A DNA stretch of 32,000 bases. It comes from Geotalea daltonii FRC-32 (GTDB taxonomy: Bacteria; Desulfobacterota; Desulfuromonadia; Geobacterales; Geobacteraceae). The stretch spans positions 1,980,001 through 2,012,000 of the forward strand of contig NC_011979.1 in the NCBI RefSeq assembly GCF_000022265.1. Direction: 5' to 3'. Positions 8,146-16,044 of this stretch are shown here, piece by piece. How positions within the stretch are numbered: the stretch's first letter is position 1; every line of letters begins with the position of its first letter. The translations under genes were made by a program, and so were the position numbers. Below the pieces are notes generated by a model. It was not told the DNA's origin, searched no databases, and was given only the letters and a program-made list of their open reading frames with translations.

Positions 8146-8595
8146 GTGAAAATAACTCCCATAGACATCCAGCAGCAACAGTTCAAGGGGAAAATGATCG
8201 GTGGCCTCGACCCGGAGGATGTGGATGCCTTCCTGCAGATGGTAGCCCAGGAGATGGAAGGGCTTCTTCGGGAAAATAACGAGCTCAAGGAACAGCTGAA
8301 TCGCAACAGTGCAGCCATGGCAGCCATGGAAGGCCAGGAAACGAAGCTTCGCGATGCAGTGCTTGCTGCCCAGAACATAGCTGAAGATATGAAGGCCAAT
8401 GCCCGTAAGGAGGCTACTTTGCTTGTTTCTGAAGCCGAGTTGAAGGGTGAAAGAATTATTGCCGCTGCAGAACAGAAACTGGTGGAACTGACCAGCCAGA
8501 TCCAGGACCTGCGCAGGGAGAAAGTGCAGTTTGAAACTTCCTTGAAGTCTCTTCTAGATGCCCACTACAAAATGCTCTCCTTCAATGAAGAATGA
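8146..8595 (+). CDS. divIVA: DivIVA domain protein
   Basis: GTG 8146 lies 2 nt after the yggT stop. ITPIDIQQQQFKGKMIGGLDPEDVDAFL is followed by a long coiled coil, which is the DivIVA N-terminal signature. Confidence 0.9.
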   Translation: MKITPIDIQQQQFKGKMIGGLDPEDVDAFLQMVAQEMEGLLRENNELKEQLNRNSAAMAAMEGQETKLRDAVLAAQNIAEDMKANARKEATLLVSEAELKGERIIAAAEQKLVELTSQIQDLRREKVQFETSLKSLLDAHYKMLSFNEE

Positions 8596-8893
8596 CGGCG
8601 ACACAGGCAGTCTCAAGGTAACCGAGACCGCTGATGGGGTGATTTTCACCGTTCACGTTCAACCCCGTGCTTCTCGCAATGAGATCTGCGGCGTTCAGGG
8701 AGACGAACTCAGGCTCCGCCTCACCGCACCGCCGGTCGATGACGCGGCCAACAAGCTCTGTATAGAGCTTTTGGCCAAGGCTCTCGGCGTGGCAAAATCC
8801 CATTTGGCCCTGACCTCTGGGGCGAAATCCCGGCACAAGACCATCAGGGCCGAAGGGGTCTCAAAGAATACTGTTCTTTCTCTGGTAAAATGA
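8585..8893 (+). CDS. yggU: DUF167 (YggU) family protein
   Basis: ORF track gives 8558..8893. ATG 8585 overlaps the divIVA end by 11 nt. VHVQPRASRNEI.G.....LRLRLTAPPVDDAANKLCIELLAKALGV..S.L.L.SG.KSR.K is the DUF167 pattern. Confidence 0.85.
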   Translation: MKNDGDTGSLKVTETADGVIFTVHVQPRASRNEICGVQGDELRLRLTAPPVDDAANKLCIELLAKALGVAKSHLALTSGAKSRHKTIRAEGVSKNTVLSLVK

Positions 8894-8913
8894 TTAGCAG
8901 TGCAGGAGGAGAT

Positions 8914-9378
8914 ATGAAAGCCAGAGATATAATGGTTTCGGATGTTCCGGTCATTACCACCAAGGCCACAGTCGCACAAGCGGTGCAGATGCTGAAGGAT
9001 AACTATGGTGACGAGAGCTTCATCAATGCCGCTCCCGGTCTTGTGGTGCTCTCCGAACGTGGAGGTCTTGCCGGCATCCTCACCCCTCTCAGCGTCATCA
9101 CGGCCCTTATCGGGGACATGACCGGCGTGACATCGGCGGCAAAACTTGATGATTCTTTTTTTTCCGAACGCTGCGACATGATAAAGGGGCTGCCGGTTTC
9201 GGAGATCATGGAACGTCAGGCAATCTCCGTCACCGAGGACGCCCACGTTGCCGATATTGCCGAACTCTTCGTCAAGCACCGGTTTCAGCGCCTGCCGGTG
9301 GTCAAGGGAAGCCGGGTCGTCGGCATTATCTACCGTTCGCGTCTGCTCTTTGCCATGACTGAAAAAATGACAACTTGA
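8914..9378 (+). CDS. CBS-domain pair protein
   Basis: ORF track gives 8890..9378. ATG 8914 follows AGGAGGA (8904-8910). MKARDIMVSDVPVITTKATVAQAVQMLKDN and ..VSEIMERQAISVTEDAHVADIAELFVKHRFQRLPVV are two CBS motifs. Confidence 0.85.
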   Translation: MKARDIMVSDVPVITTKATVAQAVQMLKDNYGDESFINAAPGLVVLSERGGLAGILTPLSVITALIGDMTGVTSAAKLDDSFFSERCDMIKGLPVSEIMERQAISVTEDAHVADIAELFVKHRFQRLPVVKGSRVVGIIYRSRLLFAMTEKMTT

Positions 9379-9379
9379 C

Positions 9380-9409
9380 TTGACAAAACTAACTGCAAAT
9401 ACCTATATT
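9380..9409 (+). promoter_or_regulatory. Sigma-70-type promoter for the FmdB-like gene
   Basis: TTGACA (9380-9385), 18-nt spacer, TATATT (9404-9409). AAGGAGG lies at 9432-9438. Confidence 0.5.
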
Positions 9410-9448
9410 AGCTACTGTGATTCATGAGAAAAAGGAGGTAGTTGGAAA

Positions 9449-9697
9449 ATGCCACTCTACGAATATGCATGCAACAGTTGCGGAAATAACTTCGAATTGC
9501 GCCAGAAGTTCTCGGATGCCCCTGCCAGTGAATGCCCCAGCTGTGGTGGACCTGTACAGAAGCTGATTTCCCAGGCAGGTTTCTCCCTCAAGGGGGGCGG
9601 ATGGTACAACGATGGGTACAGCAGTAGCAAAAGTTCCGATGCCCCGGCTTGCCCTTCGGGTGGCAGCTGCGCCGGATGTCCGTCTGCCGCTGCATAG
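9449..9697 (+). CDS. FmdB-family zinc-ribbon protein
   Basis: [23 protein letters not shown]....CPSCGG is the CxxC...CxxC (CxxC_CxxC_SSSS) signature. The tail is G/S/C-rich. Confidence 0.85.
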   Translation: MPLYEYACNSCGNNFELRQKFSDAPASECPSCGGPVQKLISQAGFSLKGGGWYNDGYSSSKSSDAPACPSGGSCAGCPSAAA

Positions 9698-9735
9698 CAA
9701 CATCCCAAAAGACTGCAGCTCCGCAAGGAGCAGGG

Positions 9736-9765
9736 AAAATCCTCCGGCGACGGGGGATTTTTTTT
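9736..9765 (+). terminator. Intrinsic terminator after the FmdB-like gene
   Basis: An 8-bp stem ATCCTCCG / CGGGGGAT (one G-U pair) with a GCGA tetraloop, followed by eight T (9758-9765). Confidence 0.75.
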
Positions 9766-9788
9766 GCCCTGCTTTCCCAGGAAAATAC

Positions 9789-9817
9789 TTTACAAAGGTC
9801 CCGCTGTTACTTATTAT
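9789..9817 (+). promoter_or_regulatory. Sigma-70-type promoter for folD-metV-metF
   Basis: TTTACA (9789-9794), 17-nt spacer, TATTAT (9812-9817). AAGGAG lies at 9841-9846. Confidence 0.5.
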
Positions 9818-9854
9818 TTCTAATTTCTACAAATGGTTAAAAGGAGCTTATCTT

Positions 9855-10697
9855 ATGGCGAAAATAATAGACGGGAAAGCAATTGCGGCAAAAATTCGCG
9901 GTGAAATTACCGCAGAGGTGGCGAAACTGGCCGCTCAGGGCATAACACCGGGTCTTGCCGTGGTGCTTGTGGGCGAAGATCCGGCAAGCAAGGTCTATGT
10001 CAGCATGAAGGAAAAGGCGTGCAAGGATGTGGGGATCTTTTCCGACGAATACAAACTTCCTGCGGAGACGACAGAAGAAGAGCTTTTGCAACTGATTGAC
10101 AAGTTGAACAAGGACAGGAAGATACATGGCATCCTCGTCCAGCTTCCGCTGCCGAAGCAGATAAATACGGAAAAGGTGCTGGAGGCAATTTCTCCGGAAA
10201 AGGACGCCGATGGGTTCCACCCCTACAATGTGGGCAGGCTGGTCATCGGCAAGCCTCTTTTTCAGCCATGCACACCTTATGGAGTCATGGTCATGCTCAA
10301 GGAAACGGGGGTCGATCTTGCCGGCAAGGAGGTGGTCGTTGTCGGCCGCTCCAACATCGTCGGTAAGCCGGTTGCTTTCATGTGTCTGCAACAGAATGCC
10401 ACGGTAACCCTCTGCCACTCCAAAACACGTGACTTGGCAGCCAAAGTGGCCATGGCCGATGTGGTGATTGCCGCCGTCGGCCAGCCGGAAATGATAAAGG
10501 GTGCCTGGATCAAGAAAGGGGCGGTGGTCATCGATGTGGGGGTGAATCGTGTCGGTGAAAAGAAGCTGGTCGGCGATGTTGAATACGAAGCAGCCTCTGC
10601 CCGCGCTTCAGCAATCACTCCGGTGCCCGGTGGTGTCGGACCGATGACGATTACCATGCTCCTTTACAATACACTGGAATCGGCGAAAAGGCGGTAA
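9855..10697 (+). CDS. folD: Bifunctional methylene-THF dehydrogenase / methenyl-THF cyclohydrolase
   Basis: ORF track gives 9612..10697. The true start is ATG 9855, after [67 protein letters not shown] and [10 protein letters not shown] are FolD hallmarks. Length 280 aa. Confidence 0.95.
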   Translation: MAKIIDGKAIAAKIRGEITAEVAKLAAQGITPGLAVVLVGEDPASKVYVSMKEKACKDVGIFSDEYKLPAETTEEELLQLIDKLNKDRKIHGILVQLPLPKQINTEKVLEAISPEKDADGFHPYNVGRLVIGKPLFQPCTPYGVMVMLKETGVDLAGKEVVVVGRSNIVGKPVAFMCLQQNATVTLCHSKTRDLAAKVAMADVVIAAVGQPEMIKGAWIKKGAVVIDVGVNRVGEKKLVGDVEYEAASARASAITPVPGGVGPMTITMLLYNTLESAKRR

Positions 10698-10742
10698 TTA
10701 AGGCGGTTGCAGTCGGTGATGAAAATCTCAGATTTCAAACCG

Positions 10743-10763
10743 CCGACTGCCGACCACCGACCG
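10743..10763. repeat. Three tandem heptamers CCGACTG-CCGACCA-CCGACCG in the folD-metV spacer
   Basis: Read directly from the sequence. A TTTTT run follows. Confidence 0.8.
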
Positions 10764-10774
10764 TTTTTAAAAAT

Positions 10775-11434
10775 ATGATCGTAAGCAAACAAAAACCAAT
10801 AGCTGAAATCCTTGCCGTTCTCGCCGATGATGATAAAATTTTTCTCATTGGCTGCGCAAAGTGCGCCACTGTCTGCAAGGCGGGGGGCGAGGAAGAGATT
10901 TGGCAGATGCAGGATACGTTGACTGCCGCCGGCAAGGAGGTGACCGGATCGGTGGTCATCGACGAGGCTTGCCACATGCTGCGTTCAGGCCGGGACCTGC
11001 GCGCGAAGAAGGAGATGGTGGACGAGGCGGATGCGTTGCTGGTATTGGCCTGCGGTGCCGGCATCCAGTCAATTTCGTCAAGCACCCCGAAGAAAACGGT
11101 TGCCGGCCTGAATACCCTTTTCCTCGGTAATATCCGCCGTTTCGGACACTTTGAACAGAAATGCTCCCTCTGCGGCGACTGTATCCTCACTGAAACCGGC
11201 TGCATCTGTCCGGTAACCGTCTGCCCCAAGGGACTTTTGAATGGACCTTGCGGTGGCATGGACAACGGCCGGTGTGAGACGGACAAGGAAAGGGAGTGTG
11301 TCTGGTTCCAGATCTACGAGCGCCTCAAGGCCAGGGATGCATTGGATAAGCTGAAAAAAACCGTTTCTCAGAAGGATTATTCCGGAATGCTCAAGCCGGG
11401 GACCCTGAAGCTGGAGAAAGAAATCCCCCGATGA
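10775..11434 (+). CDS. metV: MTHFR-associated Cys-rich protein (MetV; MTHFR C-terminal-domain family)
   Basis: CAKCATVC is followed by CSLCGDCILTETGCICPVTVCPKGLLNGPCGG, the ..CP..C.KG..NGPCGG hallmark. The stop overlaps the metF start (ATGA at 11431). Confidence 0.8.
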   Translation: MIVSKQKPIAEILAVLADDDKIFLIGCAKCATVCKAGGEEEIWQMQDTLTAAGKEVTGSVVIDEACHMLRSGRDLRAKKEMVDEADALLVLACGAGIQSISSSTPKKTVAGLNTLFLGNIRRFGHFEQKCSLCGDCILTETGCICPVTVCPKGLLNGPCGGMDNGRCETDKERECVWFQIYERLKARDALDKLKKTVSQKDYSGMLKPGTLKLEKEIPR

Positions 11435-12309
11435 TCTCCCGACTGCAGCAAAAACTCATGACAGGCAGCTTTGTCCTGACTGCTGAGGTCTGTCCTCCCA
11501 AAGGATCCGACTGCAGCGAATTTCTGGAAAAGGCCCGAAAGCTGGCACCGTTGGTGGATGCGGTCAATGTCACCGATAACCAGGGGGCGACAATGCGAAT
11601 TTCCCCCCTGGCTGCAGCTGCTCTCCTGGTGCGGGAAGGGATTGAGCCGATCTATCAGATTACCTGTCGCGACAGAAACCGGCTGGCCCTGCAGAGCGAC
11701 CTGCTTGGTGCGGCAGCGCTGGGCATAAACAATGTCTTGGCACTGTCCGGAGATCACATTTCTTTCGGGGACCACCGTGCAGGCAAACCGGTCTTCGATC
11801 TTGATTCGGTCCAGCTGCTACATGCCATAAGGGGGCTAGGTGAAGGGATGGATCTGGCTGGGAAGAGCATCACAGGTTTACCGTCTTTTTTTGTCGGTGC
11901 GGCCGCAGCCCCCGAAGCCGAACCTTTTGAACTTACCACCTTCAAGCTGGAGAAGAAGGTAGTTGCAGGAGCAAGCTTTTTTCAGACCCAGGCTATTTTC
12001 GACCCGGAGCGCCTCGCCCTTTTCGCTGAGGCGATAAAACCGCTTCAGGTGAAGGTAATAGCCGGTATCCTGCTTCTCAAATCGGCGGGCATGGCACGAT
12101 ATGTCAACAACAATATCCCTGGACTGAAAGTGCCGGCTGCATTGATAGAAGAACTGGAAAAAGCGACAGATCCGCTGGCAGCCGGTGTCGACATTGCCAA
12201 AAGGCTTGCCGCTGCCTGCAAACCCCATTGCCATGGGCTGCACATCATGGCCATGGGGAGAGAAGACCTGATTCCTGAAATCCTGGAGTCGGTGAAGAGT
12301 GAAGAGTGA
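11431..12309 (+). CDS. metF: Methylenetetrahydrofolate reductase (MetVF type)
   Basis: FVLTAEVCPPKGSD, VDAVNVTDNQGATMRISPLA, ITCRDRNRLALQSDLLGAAALGINNVLALSGDH and FFQTQAIFD are MTHFR family motifs. Confidence 0.9.
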   Translation: MISRLQQKLMTGSFVLTAEVCPPKGSDCSEFLEKARKLAPLVDAVNVTDNQGATMRISPLAAAALLVREGIEPIYQITCRDRNRLALQSDLLGAAALGINNVLALSGDHISFGDHRAGKPVFDLDSVQLLHAIRGLGEGMDLAGKSITGLPSFFVGAAAAPEAEPFELTTFKLEKKVVAGASFFQTQAIFDPERLALFAEAIKPLQVKVIAGILLLKSAGMARYVNNNIPGLKVPAALIEELEKATDPLAAGVDIAKRLAAACKPHCHGLHIMAMGREDLIPEILESVKSEE

Positions 12310-12312
12310 AGA
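12292..12312. repeat. Three perfect tandem heptamers GTGAAGA spanning the metF stop codon
   Basis: GTGAAGA at 12292, 12299 and 12306. The TGA stop (12307-12309) lies inside unit 3. A related pair GTGATTA-GTGAAGT (13211-13224) spans the galU stop. Confidence 0.85.
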
Positions 12313-12338
12313 AAAAACATCTATCCAGGAGCTGAATC

Positions 12339-13214
12339 ATGCAGGTGAAAAAAGCAGTATTTCCCGTTGCCGGGCTTGGCACCAGGTTTCTTCCCGCAAC
12401 AAAGTCCACCCCAAAAGAGATGCTCCCCCTGATTGACAAGCCTCTGGTGCAGTATGTGGTTGAAGAGGCGGTTGCCTCGGGCATCGAACAGATACTCTTC
12501 GTCACCGGCAGGAGCAAGCGGGCTATTGAGGACCATTTCGACATCTCTTTCGAGCTGGAATCACTGCTGTACGACAAGGGGAAGGACGCTGAACTCAGCC
12601 AGATCAGGGATATTGCCGAGATGATGAATATCTTCTACGTGCGGCAGAAACAGGCACTCGGTCTTGGCCATGCCATCCTCTGCGCCAAGGAATTCATCGG
12701 CAACGAACCCTTTGCCGTTCTGCTGGGTGATGACATCATCGACGGCAAAAAACCATGTCTGGGACAACTGCTGGAGGTCTACCGCAAGTATCGCGGGCCG
12801 GTCCTGGCGCTGGAACAGGTGCCCATGGAGAATATCTCTTCCTATGGCTGTGTCGCCGCCAACACTATCTCGGACCGGATCTACGAGGTGGTGGATATGG
12901 TGGAAAAGCCGAAGCAGGAGGATGCCCCGTCCGATCTGGCGATAATCGGCCGCTACATTCTCACCCCGGATATCTTCCCCATTCTTGAAAAACAGGAGCC
13001 GGGCAAGGGGGGAGAGATCCAGCTTACCGATGCCATAAAGAAACTGGCAAAGGATGAAGCTATTTACGGCTGCCGTTTCGAAGGCATCCGCCATGACTGT
13101 GGCGACAAGCTGGGCTTTCTCAAGGCCACAGTTGATATGGCCTTGAAGCGGGAGGAATTCAACGGCGACTTCGAGAGGTTCCTGCGGGAACGGCTGGACT
13201 GCGTCAAACGGTGA
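12339..13214 (+). CDS. galU: UTP--glucose-1-phosphate uridylyltransferase
   Basis: KAVFPVAGLGTRFLPATKSTPKEMLP and MVEKPK are GalU signatures. AGGAG lies 7 nt upstream. Confidence 0.95.
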   Translation: MQVKKAVFPVAGLGTRFLPATKSTPKEMLPLIDKPLVQYVVEEAVASGIEQILFVTGRSKRAIEDHFDISFELESLLYDKGKDAELSQIRDIAEMMNIFYVRQKQALGLGHAILCAKEFIGNEPFAVLLGDDIIDGKKPCLGQLLEVYRKYRGPVLALEQVPMENISSYGCVAANTISDRIYEVVDMVEKPKQEDAPSDLAIIGRYILTPDIFPILEKQEPGKGGEIQLTDAIKKLAKDEAIYGCRFEGIRHDCGDKLGFLKATVDMALKREEFNGDFERFLRERLDCVKR

Positions 13215-14069
13215 TTAGTGAAGTGATCCTCTGATGCCGCTGCTGCTGTTGATGTACTGAAAGAAAGCTATCAGCTTGAAGGTGTCTTTCGTGTAGCCAC
13301 GGGGGAATGAACCTATACGGCCGATTTCACGCAAAGTCCTCAGGACCTCTTCATCAAGAATTCTGCTTCCCGAGCTCTCCAGCAATTTGACATCAACCAC
13401 TTCGCCCTTTCTGTTGAAGGTGATCCTTACCGGTGTTACGCCTTGAATGCCATGTCGGGCCGCTTCCTGTGGGTAGCGCCATACCCCGTAAACCGCCGTC
13501 TCGAACCGGCGCAGGAATGACCCGAACAAAATATCATCGGTGTTGAGAAAAGAAGCCTCGCCGTCCTCCACCTCGGGTCCATATTTTTTGCGGTAGTTTT
13601 CTTCTATTTTGGCCATTTTGCCGGAGCTTGGAAAAAGCTTTGCCAGGGATGGCTGCTCCTGCCGGTTTGGTTTAAAGACGCTTTCTCCCCGTGGGGCTTC
13701 CTCACGGGGTATGATGCCACGCTCCTGCCGTTGCGGTATTCTTATCTCCTCTCTTGTCGCCTGTTGCCCCGGTTTCGCCACTGGTGGCTGTAACGGCGGC
13801 GCCAGCCGCTCTACTTCCCGCTCACCTTTAGGTGCGATTTCTTTTGGAACCCGTCGCTGCTTTTCCGCCAGTCTGCTTGTCTTTTTTTGCTCTTGAGGGG
13901 GCGGCGCCTTAACCTCCGGCAGGTCCCGCAATTCGACCATGTACGGTTCCTGTTTCGGGGGGTTCTTTTCCTGGGGGAACAGGATAAAGAATGCGAATAC
14001 CGCCACGTGGAGGAGGAGGGATATTGCCAGGAGATAGAGGAATATCTTTTCTATGTGCTTGTCGGACAT
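13215..14069 (-). CDS. TonB-family protein (N-terminal anchor, Pro/Lys/Glu-rich spacer, TonB C-terminal domain)
   Basis: The N-terminal TM helix is IFLYLLAISLLLHVAVFAFFILF, followed by a P/E/K/Q-rich linker. The C-terminus YPQEAARHGIQGVTPVRITFNRKGEVVDVKLLESSGSRILDEEVLRTL matches the TonB_C pattern. The stop abuts the galU stop (TGA|TTA) with no spacer. Confidence 0.85.
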   Translation of the reverse strand: MSDKHIEKIFLYLLAISLLLHVAVFAFFILFPQEKNPPKQEPYMVELRDLPEVKAPPPQEQKKTSRLAEKQRRVPKEIAPKGEREVERLAPPLQPPVAKPGQQATREEIRIPQRQERGIIPREEAPRGESVFKPNRQEQPSLAKLFPSSGKMAKIEENYRKKYGPEVEDGEASFLNTDDILFGSFLRRFETAVYGVWRYPQEAARHGIQGVTPVRITFNRKGEVVDVKLLESSGSRILDEEVLRTLREIGRIGSFPRGYTKDTFKLIAFFQYINSSSGIRGSLH

Positions 14070-14100
14070 TCACTTGCCGGAGAAAATGGATTTCTCGAAA

Positions 14101-14129
14101 ATTGTAAGCTGTCAGCGGCCAAATTGCAA
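14101..14129 (-). promoter_or_regulatory. Sigma-70-type promoter for the TonB-like gene
   Basis: Minus strand: TTGCAA (14129..14124), 17-nt spacer, TACAAT (14106..14101), about 32 nt before ATG 14069. Confidence 0.45.
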
Positions 14130-14178
14130 ATGGCGTTAAAATTTACCAGTGCCTTGAGGCGGAGCCAACGGTGCCGGA

Positions 14179-14757
14179 TCAGAACGCCTGGTAGAGAATG
14201 GCGATGCCGAAGATAAGAAAAAGGCAGCCGGCTCCCTTGTGAATGGTGGAAAGAGGGACAAAGCGTGTAAGTTGTTTACCGACGAATATACCGAGCAGGG
14301 AAACAATCCACAAGGCCAATGTTGACCCAGCAAAAACTGACAGCGTGGAATCATGCTGGGCAGAGAGGCTGGTGGTTACCAACTGTGTCTTGTCACCCAG
14401 TTCCGCCAGCAGAATCATGATAAACGAAGTTGCTACCGGTCCCTTTGTTTTCAATTGATTTTCTTCCGCCTCTTCTTCCTCCTGGGAAAACCCGGCCGAC
14501 CTCAGGGTGGTGATGCCGAAGAAAAGGAAGAGTATGCCTGAAACCATCTTGATCCAGAACAGGGGAAGGAAGGAGAACAATACCTGGCCGATGACGACTG
14601 CACCTATATTAAGCACGGCGAAGGCTGCAGCTATGCCGATGAAGATCCTTTTCCAGGGATATTTTGTCGCCAGTGCCATGGCGGTAAGTTGTGTCTTGTC
14701 CCCTAATTCTGCAAGGAAAATTATGCCGAAGGTGCTGATAAAAACGCTGAGATCCAT
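14179..14757 (-). CDS. GDT1/TMEM165 (UPF0016) family cation (Mn2+/Ca2+) transporter
   Basis: Two internal repeats each carry E-L-G-D-K-T-Q (FLAELGDKTQLTA and LLAELGDKTQLVT). There are six hydrophobic segments. AGGAG lies before ATG 14757. Confidence 0.9.
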   Translation of the reverse strand: MDLSVFISTFGIIFLAELGDKTQLTAMALATKYPWKRIFIGIAAAFAVLNIGAVVIGQVLFSFLPLFWIKMVSGILFLFFGITTLRSAGFSQEEEEAEENQLKTKGPVATSFIMILLAELGDKTQLVTTSLSAQHDSTLSVFAGSTLALWIVSLLGIFVGKQLTRFVPLSTIHKGAGCLFLIFGIAILYQAF

Positions 14758-14889
14758 TTGAACGCTCCTGATATGTGGTGGTGGGGATGGTAAAAGATAG
14801 CTGCACCATTTGCAAGAATGAAATGGTTGCCGGGTGTGGCGTTATTGGATATTCAAGGGAAGCCGGAGCAACTGCTGAAGTGCTTCTGA

Positions 14890-15675
14890 CTAGCTTTTCC
14901 GGGCGAGCGCCCCGGTGACGCCATAAAAAGCAGCAGCATTCTCCCAGAGCACTTTTTTTGCCTTCTCCTCTCCCAGGGTCTCTATCACCAAGGTAAAATC
15001 GTCATCTCGGTAGGGTCTCGGCGCCCTTGTGGAGGGGAGATCGGTTCCGAACATCAACGTCTCCGGGTTTACCGCACAGAGCTCCTTAAGGGCTGTCGGC
15101 ACATGGAAATCTATCCGCCCAAAGCCCGTTGCCTTGACTCGTACCCCCCGTTCTGCTAGCTTGAGGAGCACGGGAAAACCGTCACCTGAAAGCCCCAGGT
15201 GATCGATGCTGACAGCAGGCAGGCCGACCAGCGTCTCATACAGGTCCCCCAGCTCCCGGGCATCCACGTACAGCTCCACATGCCACCCTGCCAGATCGTA
15301 TACCCGCCGCGCAAACTTTTCCAGATGCCGGATATCCTCCGATCCTCCCCGTTTCAAATTGAACCTCACGGCGCGTACTCCGGCCCCATTCAGCCGCAGC
15401 AGCTCCTCATCGGAAGCTGAAGCCGGCAACTGGGTCACACCGACAAAGCCGGGGCCCAGTTTTTCCAGGGCGTCGATCAGGTAGCTCTGGTCGTATGCCT
15501 GAAAGGAGCCGGATACTACGGCACCCCCGGCAAGCCGGTACCCCTTCATCCTGGCAAGATAATCCTCGCAGGTGAACATCTCGGGCAGGTAGCCCTGGTT
15601 CGGAACCAGAGGAAACCGGCCGTCGATGATGTGAAAGTGGGCGTCAAACAATTTGAAATTTTCAGCCGGCTTCAT
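14890..15675 (-). CDS. Amidohydrolase-2 family metal-dependent hydrolase
   Basis: FDAHFHIID is the HxH metal motif. The TIM-barrel-like length (261 aa) and the later H/D residues (VSIDHLG, MFGTDLP) fit the family. The start overlaps the upstream stop (ATGA at 15672-15675). Confidence 0.75.
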   Translation of the reverse strand: MKPAENFKLFDAHFHIIDGRFPLVPNQGYLPEMFTCEDYLARMKGYRLAGGAVVSGSFQAYDQSYLIDALEKLGPGFVGVTQLPASASDEELLRLNGAGVRAVRFNLKRGGSEDIRHLEKFARRVYDLAGWHVELYVDARELGDLYETLVGLPAVSIDHLGLSGDGFPVLLKLAERGVRVKATGFGRIDFHVPTALKELCAVNPETLMFGTDLPSTRAPRPYRDDDFTLVIETLGEEKAKKVLWENAAAFYGVTGALARKS

Positions 15676-16007
15676 TGTTTGACCCGTTTCTGTATCTCCT
15701 GGACCTGGGGGTTATTGAGGATCTCAAGGAATCGAGGGTTTCCGGCCAGTGCGTCGATGTCCCCATTGGTAACTGCTGTCACCACATCAGGATCCTGAAG
15801 AAGTGCCTGCACTTCCGGGTTGTCCTTAAGCATGAGTATCAGTGCGACTATTTCCTTGTCCGCCAGCAGAGCATCCTGCAACTCCTCCAACTGCATCTTG
15901 ACCTGCGGTTGCTTAATAGTGCTGTCGGCAGGTTCCAGTGCGGATGCCTCAAGTTGGCTGCAGCTCAGCACAAATACCAGCAAAGCGAGAATGCGGAATT
16001 TCATCAT
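15672..16007 (-). CDS. Small secreted protein with STI1/DP-like helical repeats
   Basis: The signal peptide is MMKFRILALLVFVLSCSQLEA. It is followed by NPEVQALLQDPDVVTAV..GNPRFLEILNNPQVQEIQ. The gene is translationally coupled to the amidohydrolase. Confidence 0.7.
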   Translation of the reverse strand: MMKFRILALLVFVLSCSQLEASALEPADSTIKQPQVKMQLEELQDALLADKEIVALILMLKDNPEVQALLQDPDVVTAVTNGDIDALAGNPRFLEILNNPQVQEIQKRVKQ

Positions 16008-16044
16008 CTACCCCCGGTGTTATTTTGATTTGGCGCCTCAACGA

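Noticed and set aside
9612-9854. N-terminal extensions suggested by the track for folD (9612), etfB (16620), porin (27745), glnK (28548), lipoprotein (5623), the small secreted protein (7627), yggU (8558) and CBS (8890).
   Set aside because: Internal starts have Shine-Dalgarno sequences at correct spacing and give canonical N-termini or signal peptides. The extensions cross terminators, promoters or upstream genes.
10702-10750. An H-type pseudoknot or SAM-II-like riboswitch upstream of metV-metF.
   Set aside because: The two helices share nucleotides and have a zero-length connecting loop, so they cannot coexist. I see no match to remembered SAM-II/SAM-V conserved positions, and the spacer is only 77 nt.
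14758-14889. A yybP-ykoY (Mn2+) riboswitch upstream of the GDT1/UPF0016 transporter, and a sigma-54-like CTGCACCATTTGCA on the plus strand.
   Set aside because: No four-helix architecture or conserved GGGGAGTAG-type core is visible in the 130-nt leader. The sigma-54-like box has the wrong spacing, lacks GG, and faces no gene.
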